Below, piece by piece: positions 51,550 through 64,000 of a stretch of DNA of 64,000 bases. The stretch comes from Octopus bimaculoides (taxonomy: Eukaryota), in contig NC_068998.1 of the NCBI RefSeq assembly GCF_001194135.2, forward strand, positions 51,624,981 through 51,688,980. The letters run 5' to 3'. Position numbers and translations under genes: made by a program. Position 1 is the stretch's first letter; each line of letters opens with the position of its first letter. The notes below the pieces were generated by a model. The model worked only from the letters and a program-made list of their open reading frames with translations. It did not search any database and was not told the DNA's origin.

Positions 51550-51780
51550 TTGTTATTGTCATTATTATCATCATTATCAAGCTAATACATGCTAATTTAA
51601 TTAACAGGAGTATCTTGAGGTTTGATGACAACAAGTCTACTCATATCTCAAGAATCTTTCTTAGGATTCTTATGGAATATTATGATAGTACTTTTCTGCA
51701 AGTTGACAACATAAGTCTAAATTTCAGTCTCTTGGGTGACATTTTGATGTTGTGCCAAGTATACCAATTACCACAGGGAT
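51550..51780 (-). mobile_element. 3' end of an R4/Dong-like (RLE) non-LTR retrotransposon
   Basis: - strand IPVVIGILG (51780-54) ... LQKS ... IRILRKILEI* (51673-41) with frameshifts, then an (AAT/GAT)n tail; matches the IPVVIGALG...LQK...ILRKVL C-terminus of this group. Confidence 0.72.
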
Positions 51781-51792
51781 AATTGTTGATTT

Positions 51793-51936
51793 TACATTAT
51801 TTACATTTGGCGAATATTTGTCCTCATCTTGTTTGTTTTTAAGACACCTGATGAAGGCTGGAGGGTATATCAGCCGAAACATTGTGTTAACAACAAACAA
51901 GATGAGGGCAAATATCCGTCAAATGTAAATAATGTA
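51793..51936 (+). mobile_element. Penelope-like foldback: 48-bp inverted arms enclosing a hammerhead motif
   Basis: 51793-51840 vs 51889-51936 inverted with 4 mismatches; CTGATGA...GAAA lies between them. Confidence 0.72.
51843..51888 (+). ncRNA. Minimal hammerhead ribozyme motif, probably inactivated
   Basis: GACAC-CTGATGA-A-GGCTG(N10)CAGCC-GAAA-CATT-GTGTT. Stems I and II pair; stem III reads AACATT rather than a palindromic AACGTT. Confidence 0.72.
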
Positions 51937-53878
51937 CATAATTCCTCATCTCTTAAATCAATAGACTAACCGCCTTCCTTAAAATTATGCCTACAGTAGA
52001 AAGGATTATTATTATTCTTTAAATAGCAAGCTGGTGGCATCATTAGTGCCTCAAGCAAAATGCTGCTAAGCATTATGTCTGGCTCTTTATGTTCTGGGTA
52101 TAAATTTTACTGGAGTTGACTTTACCTTTCATCTTTTGGGATCAGTAAAATAAGCACCAGTTGAAGACTGGGCTTAGCATAAATGATTATCCCCACCTCC
52201 TAAAATTACTGGCCTTGTGCTAAAATCTGAAATCACTGTTATTATAATTATTGGGTCTATGTTATCCACGTCCCTATAAATTAATGCTTCTATGTCTAAA
52301 TCAGAAATCATTTTTATTATATTATAACTTAAAAGTTGTGATTAATTCTCATCTGTGCATCTGAAATTGCAAACTTATTCCCTGCTATATTAATGTATAT
52401 GAAGAAAATAAACTGTGTTTTCTTTTTTTATTTGCTCCTTTCCAAAACCACATCTGAATACTGTTTTGTACAATGTAATAAGTCCAGTTGAGACTGCAAT
52501 GACACTTATTTACAAATTGATGTGATGTAACAATTAATTTAGGGAAAGAGTGAAACCAAACCAGTTTCAAAAGCACTTTGACATGTTCTTTGTAATATGC
52601 TACATTTAAAATTGCTGAGGCAATAAAACACACACACACGTGTGTGTGTGTGTGTGTGTGTGTGTCTGTGTGTATGTATAATACATATGCAAAGTGTGGC
52701 TGTGTGTTTTTTTTTCTTTTGAAAAATCAATGGCAAGTAAATAAACCATTAGCTGTAGAAACTCCCCAAAGATATTATAAATTATAGTTTATAGTCTAAA
52801 TACAGTTATCTAGAGAAAGCCGTTTAACAATATTCCTAGAGTTGTAACATTTTGTGTCTAAATTACAGTGACAGTGTAGTAAAGATAAAATGAATAATAA
52901 AAAAAAAATCAACATTTTTAACAAGAAGCAAATATAATAAATATGAGTAATCATAGCTACCAAAAATATGTGTATATCTTTTTTTTTTTTCATTATTTGA
53001 ATGTTATGTAAACAGAAGGGGATATTTTTGTGTATTTATTTTGTTTTATTTTTCTGTGAATTGTAAGCCAATTACTTTTATCTTTATTGTTCCCCACCTT
53101 CTGATAAAATAAATTGTAAGCTGAGCTGTGATACTCTTTTTCTGGACAACTAATTGGATACAAGTCATTTTTCTGCAAATAAACAATTTCTGTCTCACCG
53201 CCGTCACCACCATCTTCACACACATATTTATAGAATAACTGTTGCCAGTAAAAAGAACCTCTATGTGGTTGTATGGTGTTGTAGAAATAACAACAAAACT
53301 TCCCCTCAAACCACACCCTGCCATTTAAAAAATAAACATGATAAGGATACATTAGATAATTTAGTCTCAGATATCTATGTAAACAGATCTGGGGGTTTTT
53401 TGAGTGGTTTTTGAATTGTAAATCAATTATATTTTCTTTATTGTTCCTCCCTCTTCAATAAAATATATTGTAAACTGAGCTGATACTAATTTTCTGGATA
53501 AGTAATTGAGCATGGTTTTTTTGTTTTTTTTCTCTCTTCTTTTTTTCTCTACAAGTAAATAAGACTCCGCTACTGTCTCTCTGTTCACACAAACATCTAG
53601 TTATATATTAATTGTAACTAGCAAGGAAACCTCTCTGTTGGGAGCTGGAAACCTTTTTCAGAACTAGGATCGAATTACAAAGGCATAAGAAACTAATTTG
53701 CAATGAGAAAAATAATGAATTTTTGCTTTTACAAATTCCTAGGTATGCAGGAACGGCAGCATGGTTAAGATGCTTGCTTTTCTAACCATATGGTTTTGGA
53801 TTCAGTCTCATTGTATGGCCGCTGGGAAAGTGTCTTCTCTTTTCATCCCTGATTGACTTGTGTGTGGATCTGATAGAT

Positions 53879-54266
53879 TGTTGTTGGCACTCCATCGCTT
53901 ACTATGTCGAGGGTTCCAGTTGATCTGATCAATAGAACAGCCTGCTTGTGAAATTAACATGCAAGTGGCTGAGCACTCCACAGACACATGCACCCTTAAC
54001 GTAGTTCTCGGGAGGGATTCAGCGTGACACAGTGTGACAAGGCTGACCCCTTTGAATTACAGGTACAACAGAAACAGGAAGTAAGAGTGAGAGAAAGTTG
54101 TGGTGGAAAAGTAGAGCAGGATTCGCCACCATCCCCTGCCAGAGCCTCGTGGAGCTTTTAGGTGTTTTCGCTCAATAAACACTCACAATGCCCGGTCTGG
54201 GAATCGAAACCTCGATTCTATGACTGCGAGTCTGCTACCCTAACCACTGGGCCATTGCGCCTCCAC
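53879..54266 (-). mobile_element. Full-length tRNA-derived SINE (family 4) with perfect 13-bp TSD, nested in an older family-2 SINE
   Basis: GGATCTGATAGAT at 53866-78 and 54267-79; A-box TGGCCCAGTGG, B-box GTTTCGATTCC and (CAA)n tail on the - strand. Confidence 0.92.
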
Positions 54267-55817
54267 GGATCTGATAGATATACCTAGAAAAAAGCCAATC
54301 ATATATGCATGTGCGTAAATGAATGTTACTGCCATATAAATAGTCTCCATTGTCCCTTGTTTTCAGTCTTCTGTGTACACATGTTTGGTCATGGGGAAAT
54401 ATTACTTTGCTTGGAAACAGATGAAAGCTGGCAGCGAGAAGAGAGCCTGGTTGTAAAAAATCTGCCTGAGTGAATTCCATCTGACCCATTATTCAAGTAC
54501 AGAAAAGCAGACATCTTAAACCATTTCTTCATATAGGTACCCAGTGATTTCTTCAACGGTGGGGTTTCTAATTTTAATGCAGACAAGAGGGAGAGAAAGA
54601 TCTCCAGTCCTGCTCTATTTAGCCATTTGATTTAATTGAAATAGCAGATCTCCTACAGATCATTCTTCACTGTCTTACAAAAGGGTAAGATGCATTAGTT
54701 AATATAATCCCAGATACTCCTAAAAGACAGGCATTGTTATCACTTGAATTCTTTAATCATATGTTGTTTTTCATCAGAACCAACCTATGGTTAAACATCA
54801 ATGATATTAAATTATTATAATATCTCAGTTACAGATTATTAATATAAATATATAGAAATTAATGAGTATCCCCAATGAGTGAGTTCATCAGCTATTTTAA
54901 AAACACTTCTTCAAAGTATTGATTGCAAGACTTAGTTCAGATATGAAAATGCACAAGAACTCTGATATTCTGAATATAAACTAATTAGGGAAATCTTAAC
55001 AATCCCCAATCTACAATTATTTGTGAAGGAAATTACTCAATTAACAACGCATTCTAAACGATTCTTTCATCTTTCCAACACATGATATTACTATATGATT
55101 TCTCAAGTTATTTAACCCATCAGTTTTCTTATCAGGCAGACTTGCGATCAAAACATTCCAGTTATGACCATCTCATCTTATTTTCCCAGCCTACGTTGTC
55201 CAATGACTTCTTCCTGTTTTGAAGATAGTGTATGTCTTGAGGATAATTTAGCTGTTATTCCCAGTATTGATGTTTCCTCATTGGTTTATAGAAGCTATTG
55301 TGTTGGAGGATTAAAACAAAATAAAGATGGTGAGAAGGGAAAAGCAAGGCTGATTGATTTAGATTAATCAGCTGTAACATGCTGTTGTTAATTATGAAAC
55401 GAGAGCAATTAACATTTGGCTTCTTTGCTGTTTGGCAAACTACAGGAGCATTAGAATTTGTATGCACTAGGCAGAACACAGCATGTATATAAATCAATTT
55501 GCACAGAGACTTTACTTTCAAATCATTTCAACCACTGACTAATAGCATTTAAAGGAGGTCACACAAACTGCTGGAACTCTGAGCTAATGAAAGAATTTCT
55601 ACTAGGTTATTTCTACTGCTAGAAATAACAGCGAAATCTTTCTCATATTACAGCTTATTGTCATAAAACTTGCTATCTTCATTTCGACTTTTGTGCCTAT
55701 CTTCAACTATGATCATGAATGTTGGCTAATGACTGAAAGAGTATGACTGTAAATATAAGCAGCTGAAATGTGTTCCTCTGAAGTATCAGGGTGTCTTTCT
55801 AGGTTGAGATGCTAATT

Positions 55818-56100
55818 CTACACATTGAAAGGTCATAGTTCTAATACTATGGACATGTGATTAGAATGTTGCAGGAAAGAATTGCAGGATGGGTTCTTCA
55901 CGCCAAGCCAACCATCAAGAAATCTAGGAGTAGCCCAAGAATGAGACGGTGGGATAATATCCATAATCCCAGTTGGTCCTGCTTGAGAGTTTAGGCAGAA
56001 ATTGTAATGACAGTTACTTTTGATAAGGTCCTGTGGAAGCAGTGCCTGAGGACTCTGACCCCACAACTCTCCCAGGAATAGTGGCCAAAGAAGATGGATG
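55818..56100 (+). mobile_element. RTE-clade LINE ORF2 3' fragment
   Basis: LHIERS*F*YYGHVIRMLQERIAGWVLHAKPTIKKSRSSPRMRRWDNIH, resembling Expander/RTE C-termini; contains stops. Confidence 0.8.
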
Positions 56101-56425
56101 GTTAGAGATCAGAAAAAGACTACGTGGACACATTGGAAATATAAACAACTGCCTAACGAAAGAAATAAAATCAAGAACATCAAAATGTGTTGGTCAATAT
56201 TGGAATGTCCTTGATCATAGGTCTGCTTGATGAAGACTGACTACAGCAACACAACAATAACAACTAATTATATTTGGACTAACATAATTTTTGGATTTTC
56301 CACACTTTATGGACTTCGATAATCCTTTTTAATGTACAAGAAATAATCATGAGTATGATGACATCCACTTACATTTAATAATGGCTTTATTTTAAGATAG
56401 TTCTTTATCTTCTTTATTCATAAAT

Positions 56426-56509
<84 letters not shown>

Positions 56510-57252
56510 ACAAAAACAAAACAATTATCCATTAAAGATGAATATAAATTGCCCTGACCTACCAACACTACCACTTGAAAAATAAGGGGGTTTTTTCCTG
56601 TTTAGTGCTGTTTCTTGTCATTCATTAGAAATATGGAAACAAAATATTTGTTTGTTTGTTTATATGTTTATTGTGAGAATTGATCCCGGCAGTGATATTC
56701 AATACTTTTAATCTGGAACGTCACTGAGTGATACTTCCAGGACCAAATAACACAAATTATTTTTAATGATAAATTATTCCAATCGATGGAAGCATTCTTG
56801 AAAATATAATCTAACCCTAACCCATTTCAAGAAAAGGTTTTTATAAATCAATTTCCGTTTCTCAATCAATGCTAAAAATTTGTTGAATGTTGCATAATTA
56901 AGAAAGAATGGAAACAAATTGAGAGAAAAAAATAGAAAAAAGAATTTAGTTATAAATATACTAACACATAATTGTACAAAAGAATACTAATTATTGATCC
57001 TATTACACTTAAAGAACCTGGGGTATTTTGTGTTATTTCTCTCTTTTACTACGGGCGAGTTGGATGGCTTAAAGAATAAATGATCCAGTCTTGGAAAAGA
57101 TGAGTACTATTGAGGAAATATCCTACAGTTAGATGCCCTTACAATAGGCTTCCATACAATTTCTGGCTAGCAAAATTGCTCTCATAAAGCATTAGTGGCA
57201 TGCAGTCAGCTAAACCTGAAACCATGTAATTGCAAAGCAAACTTCTTAAAGA

Positions 57253-57301
<49 letters not shown>

Positions 57302-57350
57302 NNNNNNNNNNNNNNNNNNNNNNNNNNNNNNNNNNNNNNNNNNNNNNNNN

Positions 57351-57381
<31 letters not shown>

Positions 57382-58821
57382 CTAATTATCGATGTTTAAT
57401 CCCTAATCAGCTCTTATTGTGTTGATCTATGATCAAAAATATTCAATTCGAGGCCATCCTGTCTTTCTTTATCCTCCTTAAAAAGGTATTATCTAATGTC
57501 TCCTTTTTGTTTCAGGCTGATAGAGAATGTTTGGAGGGAGATTTGACTTCTATTTCTTGCACTTTAAGTGATTGTGTTGAGGCTTCCACTTCGATTCAAA
57601 AATCAAATTATAGAAATTAATGCTTGAGTGAAAGTAAGATGATGGATGTGGTATCAAAAGTTAGGATTGTACAAAGAAAGAAAAATGGAAATGGTCCAAA
57701 ATTTGCTATTAAGGTATGAGGTTTTGGAAATGATTACCTTGATAATGCAGTGATGTTGTCATTTAGCTCCAGATCACACAGATCTCTAATCAAATCATTT
57801 CTGTCATGGTCATCCCATCATATTTTCAGATAATCTATCAAAAACTACATTACTGAATGTGTCATTTTAAAGATGGTAAAATGTAGTCTGAGAGGAACTT
57901 AGCTACTATTTTCAGCAGATTAGGTAACCATGTAAAAGCTCGCCAAAATTTGTGGAGAGGAAAGCAAAATTTTGCTGAGATACTAGATATACATGACAAA
58001 AGCTCCATTTATAATTAGATTTAAATAGGAATTGTATAAAATTTTTTTAATATTTTGTGTATTGTAGAAATACAATCATATAAGTTGTAACAATAAAATC
58101 TTATACAGACCTCCAAGGGCCATATGGACCCCAGTTGAGAACCACTACACTAGAGCAACAAATCTTTCATGGAGATTATTTGCTTCACATTGTCCAACCC
58201 TCTTTTGCTGCTCCTGAAGAAAGGATGCTTGTGTTTTCTGCAGTTAAGATGAGAGAAGTGAATGGAGTATTGTGAATTCATGAAGTATTTATTCATTGTA
58301 CACCATCATTGTTGTTGCTGCTGCTTCTCGTACTGAATTAACTACTTTGCGATACCCACTTAAAGCCTGATAGACTTGCTAAGAATCAAGTGTCTTACCA
58401 ATAAACACAATGCAAGTGTTTGTATCCTGTATTGACAACAGGATACAAATCTACAGCCCTTCAACTTTTCTTCCAGCACTCTAATAACTTATCTGTCTGT
58501 TTATTTGTGAATTGATAGAATATATTAAAAAATTAGAACACCTAACATTTCATTAAAAAAATTTTAGAAGATTATTTGTTGTTCATAACCTCGGAAAATA
58601 AAATCTTTCTAAATTTCTTTCTCCTTCCTTTTACCCATTATAAAAATACCAATGAAAATAGTATGATTTAGCTTGAAACTATTATGTATTAGTAAAATTA
58701 GTTCTTTTAAATTGCTTGTAATTTATTTAAACTACATTTAATCTTCTATATATTTAGCATTTTCATGTACCTTAACCTATGAGCCAGTTAGTGGTATCAT
58801 GTATGTATGTATATATATATA

Positions 58822-58855
<34 letters not shown>

Positions 58856-59521
58856 NNNNNNNNNNNNNNNNNNNNNNNNNNNNNNNNNNNNNNNNNNNNN
58901 NNNNNNNNNNNNNNNNNNNNNNNNNNNNNNNNTATATATATCTGAAAGAAAATTTATCAATAAAGAACACTTTATCAAATGTAATATCATAGATCAAGTA
59001 GATGTAAAGGCATTGTATCGATTGTAAACATAATTATTTAGTTGGTATTTTAATTTAAAATTGTTATTGTAGCATTGAAAAACATAGCTCTTTGATCTCG
59101 CAAACAACAATTTCTGCTTTTCTTATTCCTTTCCTTGTTATTCTTTCTTAATCCACACTTCTCAAAATACTGATGTCTTAATTGAACCTGGAGTTGAAAG
59201 AATATATGAAAAAAAGAAAACAAATGAATAATAAATGTGTATTGGTTTTATTCATCTTACATCGAAATTTACATTGACAAAAACAAAGTTTTTAATTAGA
59301 GTAAATACTTTCACTTTTTACTGCTATGATCAAAGGTATTCCTATATGTGTACAATAGTAATGATGATGGTAACTCCTGTTGGTTCCAATGTATGACTGT
59401 TTGAAGCAAAGGACTTAAAGTTGAGGAAAAAAAAACAACATTTATATGCGATGGATGCATGAATGTAATTTCAGTCCCAGGTATTTGCGATAATAATGAT
59501 AATAATTATGGTTTCAAATTT

Positions 59522-59563
<42 letters not shown>

Positions 59564-59596
59564 GTATATATATGATATATATATATATATATTATG

Positions 59597-59640
<44 letters not shown>

Positions 59641-60354
59641 GTATGTATGTGTATATATATGTATATATATTAAACACATATATTGTCATGTTTATACATT
59701 TACCCATATATATCTATGACAAGCTTGATAGCTCTTAAAATTTTGATGTATGAATTTTTCTCGTGTGTGGATTGTCAAATCATTTACTGCAGTCATAGGT
59801 GGTCTGCCCTTTCAAAAGGTCAATAATATGCAAATCTTTTCTAGGTTGACTAAACTGAATTACTTGCTATATAATAAATAACGGGGTTTAAATACCTGAC
59901 CTTTGAAAGAGATATTCCACTACCTTAAATAGTCACCCACTATACATATATGACTGTGATGAAATCATGAAGCTTGAATAGATATTGAGTCGTTTAAATA
60001 TTTCTGTTTGCACACACCACTACACTACCACACACCACCACACCCACCACCACACACCACACCACACCACCCTGCACACACTAGCACCGACCACTTCCCA
60101 GCATCCATACCATCATCCACACACCTACACATGAACACACGCACACATGAAGGTCACCAGCCCCTAGCCACACACACATACATGCTCTCACATACACATG
60201 CATGCGCTCCTTCGTTTTGGGATCACCACTACTTTATTATCTCCCCGTCTTCCTAGCTCTCCTGTCTGACCACCTCTGTCTGGCATTCGCCATGATTGAT
60301 TGCTAGCCACTAAACCTTTTTTTTTTATTTTCTCTCTCTATTTATTTCTGTGTT

Positions 60355-60393
60355 CCTTTCTGTTGAAGAGCATAGGCTCGAAACGTAAAAGAC
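60355..60393 (+). ncRNA. Variant minimal hammerhead-like motif (core A6 replaced by U)
   Basis: CTTT-CTGTTGA-A-GAGC(ATAG)GCTC-GAAA-CGTA-AAAG: 4-bp stem I, 4-bp stem II, palindromic ACGT and GTA triplet. Confidence 0.5.
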
Positions 60394-60430
60394 TTTCTCA
60401 CTTCCTGAACATTAAACTAATACATTTGTT

Positions 60431-60479
<49 letters not shown>

Positions 60480-61200
60480 CAAAAAATAAGTGAGTATATG
60501 CATATATACGTGCATGTATGTACATACCTACATCTACATGTATATATAGATGCATATCTGGGTACAGGATGTCACAAAAAAACGTGGACAAAATGAAAAA
60601 CAGAACATAAACAGAGTACAGAAAACACACAGGCCACATAGAGAACATTTCCTTCATCAGCTGCCACCATTCTAAAACTAAGCGTTTCGAAGAGTTAGTC
60701 TAATGTAGTTTGTGTTACTCTCACTATTGTATATCATTGTTTATAGTAATATAACAATGAGCTTATTGTATACAGTGCTCAGGTGAGCTGTAACAAAAGA
60801 GTAAAATAGGTGTTAGAAAACATCAGTTAAGTCAAGTAAAGAAATTCAGCAACGATAGCCAAAAATACATGCATAATTGAACACTGGATAAAACACAGGA
60901 AGACAGAAATGTGAAAAGTAAAAGAACCATAAAGAGAAATGGTTGCCAAGGCAGACATTTGTTCAGAAATGTCCCATCGATGGTGCTGTGGACCACATTA
61001 ACCAATCTTTTATTTGAATCAGTCGTTGGATTGTGGGCATTATATGACACCACCTTGATGGGTTTAGCTGAACATATCAACTCCAGTACTTATTTTAAAA
61101 TTTGGTTCTTATGCTATTAATCTCTTTTGCCAAACAGCTAAGTTATAGGAATGTAAGCAAACCAATGTCAGTTACTAAGTAGTGGTGGGGGGTACAAACA

Positions 61201-61239
<39 letters not shown>

Positions 61240-63266
61240 CACACACATACAATGAGCTTCTTTAAGTTTCTGTCTATCAAATCCACTCATTGATTTAACC
61301 CTTTTGTTACCTTCTGTATTTTCAAATTCCCTGCTGTTTCAATCAATTTTGAAAATTATGAAGAATTTAGTAAATTAACTTTGTCATTATTAAGCTAGTG
61401 TTTGGTACATAAACTATTGGAGGTTTTAATTCAAATCTCTTTAAAACAGGAAGTATATATCATAGAAGCAAGAGTGGGCTGATATCAAACGGATTGAAAC
61501 GCAAAGAGAACAAACATCATCAGATAAATTACTAAGTTGAATGAAATTACAGACTGTTTGATCTCTGTTTCAATTGCTCTTTTCTGAACATCATGCAATC
61601 AACTAAGGCGTTCACAAGCTGTTAGGATAGTTAAGAGTGTTAGACAAAATGCTATGCAGTATTTGTTCTGAATCTTTATGTTCCAAGTTCAAATCCTACT
61701 GAGGTTAATTTTATTTTACATCCCTCCAGGGTTGATGAAATAAGGCACCAGTCAACTAAGTACAAAGGTCAGTAGGGTATCAACTACTTACCCTCCCCTC
61801 AAAATTGTTGGCTTTGTACCTAAATCAAAAACCATTATTTTAATGAGTCTCTGTTCTTCCTTTCCTAATTAAATACCTATGCACGCATGCAAGCTCACAC
61901 ACTTGCTTGTCTGTCTGTCCCAAGTCAGCCTTGGTTGAGTATATCATTGAACAAAGTCACAGCAGCCATGACGATCCTGTCTCTTTTTTTTTTAAAGAAT
62001 ATGTTGGGTTACATAATCTAATAATAAGTCCTTTCCTTTTTGTAAGGATCCAAAGCAGTGTTTGGTGTAAGCTGTGAATTTGTACACCCTGTCAACGTTT
62101 TCCATTTAAATCAAATTATTTTTTAACTGAAGAAATTTGGGAGTGTTTACTCACAAGGATTATACATATATTTTGCAAAGAAAGACAAAAACTGTACATT
62201 AACAAATTTCTGTATACACCTACAGCAAAAAAATTAGAAAGAAAATAGAGGTAGGGTATAATTTGAGGGAGATTTTGCTACTATTTCTGGCAGGTCATGG
62301 AACCATGTAATTGTCCTTTGTTGACTTTTGGTTCCCTTTGTACAGTGTTTCATTGTGGCAATTCATTCTTTCATGGAAATCGATCATGTAATTATCTAAT
62401 TAAAAATTTTAGAATTGATGATCCAGAGTTTTCCTGTGGATCTCCTTATGGGTCTTCAATCATGTATAACCATCTTTGTTAATGAGCTCTCTCTTTAATG
62501 ATCTCCACAGCTTTAGCGATATATTTTTTTTTAATTCTAAAAATAAAAAATTTAATAGTTAATTGCATAAAATAAATGCTTAACATTCATAATGATTGCT
62601 TTAAATGCTCAATTTCCGCATTGAACACTGATAATGTGCATGTGAGTGTTTGTTCATTTATTTAGTTCGTTTTCATGTTGATGTTGCATTCTCTGACCAT
62701 GTTCATAGTCTCTCTGCTACTCTTTCTTTGTCAACCTTTTGAATTAGTTCACCCTTTTAGTATGTCCCCTACCCCAAATTGGATAGTGCAATGACGAATG
62801 CTATTAATAACAGAGAAATGAAAATGCAATAAACTTCAGGAAAAAAACATGAGAACAAGATGAATGTAAAGCTGAGAAAGATTTTACTTTAAGATTTTTC
62901 TTATGGTCTGTTGATCGTGTCTATGATTTTTATTTTTTATCTTCTGGACAGCTTCGCACCTTGCCAGCTCCTCTTAAATCATCCAACTCATGCCACCATG
63001 GAAAATGGATGTTAAACTATGATGATGATGATGATGATGATGATTAGTTTCAATCAGTAGATAGCAAAGTGAGAATTGAGTCTGGAACCCTGAAGTTGTA
63101 AAGTGAGCTTTTTAACCATGCAAAGCTATGTCAGCACCAATTGTTTAGAAGAGCAGTGTCTATCCAATTGAAAGGACATGGTTATGAGTAAAGTTCCACT
63201 AAAAGCTACCATTGGTATATTATAGTTTGACTGATATTACCCAATGAAACTGAATCTTGATGGTTG

Positions 63267-63303
<37 letters not shown>

Positions 63304-63764
63304 GAAAGAGAGAGAGAGAGAGAGAGAGAAATTCAGTATTAATACTTGTATTGGAGAGAAAGAATGGGCTATGAAAGGAAAGAAGTTGTTTCAGTTAGAA
63401 TGTATTGTATAAACAAGCAACACGTGCTATCTCTGTGCTGTCAAGCTTCACTTAGTTCAATCATAACTATATTCAGGAGAGTAATTTAGTTTAGGCTGAC
63501 TTAAGATAGTTCATTATTATACAAAGCCTGACCATCAAATTAATCTAAGTGATTCCCATTTGTGTAAATGAATTATCTAACAAAGCAAACACAGTCAAGA
63601 GGGAGATTATATGTGGTCACATAATCTGGTAGAAACTGCAACCAAATTTTCCCCAAACTGTATCTTCTAAAATAGAAAATATATATTAGATATTTTAATC
63701 CTAGCTATTTAAAGTAAAGAAGAAGCCTGGTACCTATTCTATCTCTTCTTTTGCCAAACTGTTA

Positions 63765-63980
63765 AGTTGCAGGGTCATAAACAAATCAACACCAGTTGTC
63801 AACACACACACATATATACACAATGGGCTTCTTTCAGTTTCCTTCTACGAAATCCTCCCACAAGGGTCCTTGTTGGCCTGAGATTATTAGTTAAACACAC
63901 TTGCCCTAGGTGCCACGTGGTGGAACTAAATCTATGAGCACATGGTTGGGAAGCAACCTTCTTAACCATACAGCCATTCC
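63765..63980 (-). mobile_element. tRNA-derived SINE (family 2)
   Basis: Reverse complement of the family-2 head and core. Confidence 0.8.
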
Positions 63981-64000
63981 TGTGTCTGTGTAACCTTTGT

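Noticed and set aside
51489-51782. 97-aa + strand ORF that looks protein-like
   Set aside because: It is the antisense of an R4/Dong-like retrotransposon C-terminus.
55164-57620. ORFs 55164-55367 and 57429-57620 with strong acceptors
   Set aside because: Built from the same dispersed repeat (gagggagattt.gctgctatttctagc).
202-60657. Many ORFs rich in IYIY, CVCV, HTHT, LSLS or poly-I/M/H
   Set aside because: Translations of (TA)n, (CA)n, (CT)n and trinucleotide microsatellites or SINE bodies.
62380-62536. - strand KLWRSLKRELINKDGYT, resembling a Tc1/Merlin transposase helix
   Set aside because: Too short, interrupted by stops, and no TIRs or catalytic motifs nearby.
1-64000. Functional tRNA, rRNA, snRNA, known conserved miRNA or CRISPR array
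   Set aside because: All tRNA-like stretches are SINE heads or lack an acceptor stem. No rRNA, snRNA or miRNA I can recall matches, and there is no repeat-spacer array in this eukaryotic DNA.

Overview
AT-rich eukaryotic scaffold with six N gaps and many (CA)n, (TA)n, (CT)n, (AAT)n and (GAT)n tracts. The repeat content (several tRNA-derived SINE families, RTE and R4/Dong-type LINE remnants, mariner/hAT/piggyBac-like MITEs, Penelope-like pieces) suggests a coleoid cephalopod, most likely Octopus; this is inference from repeat style. Nearly all ORFs in the six-frame track are microsatellite, gap or repeat artefacts. The likely coding sequence is a few short exons between long introns: the 3' end of a + strand gene (stop 2690), an ATG exon at 23123-23299, + exons near 45.6 kb and 50.6 kb, and weaker - strand candidates. 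I recognise none of them, so no gene symbols are given. The strongest result is RNA-structural. A complete type I hammerhead ribozyme (9343-9387) caps a 131-nt rod inside a 358-nt unit with an 86-bp terminal direct repeat, which matches the architecture of a retrozyme or Penelope-like element (PLE) copied from a circular RNA. Two more, damaged hammerhead motifs lie in unrelated repeats (51843-51888, 60355-60393). Also notable are a spacerless 154-bp perfect palindrome next to a coding exon and a symmetric E-box/CCAAT/E2F promoter near 28.9 kb.
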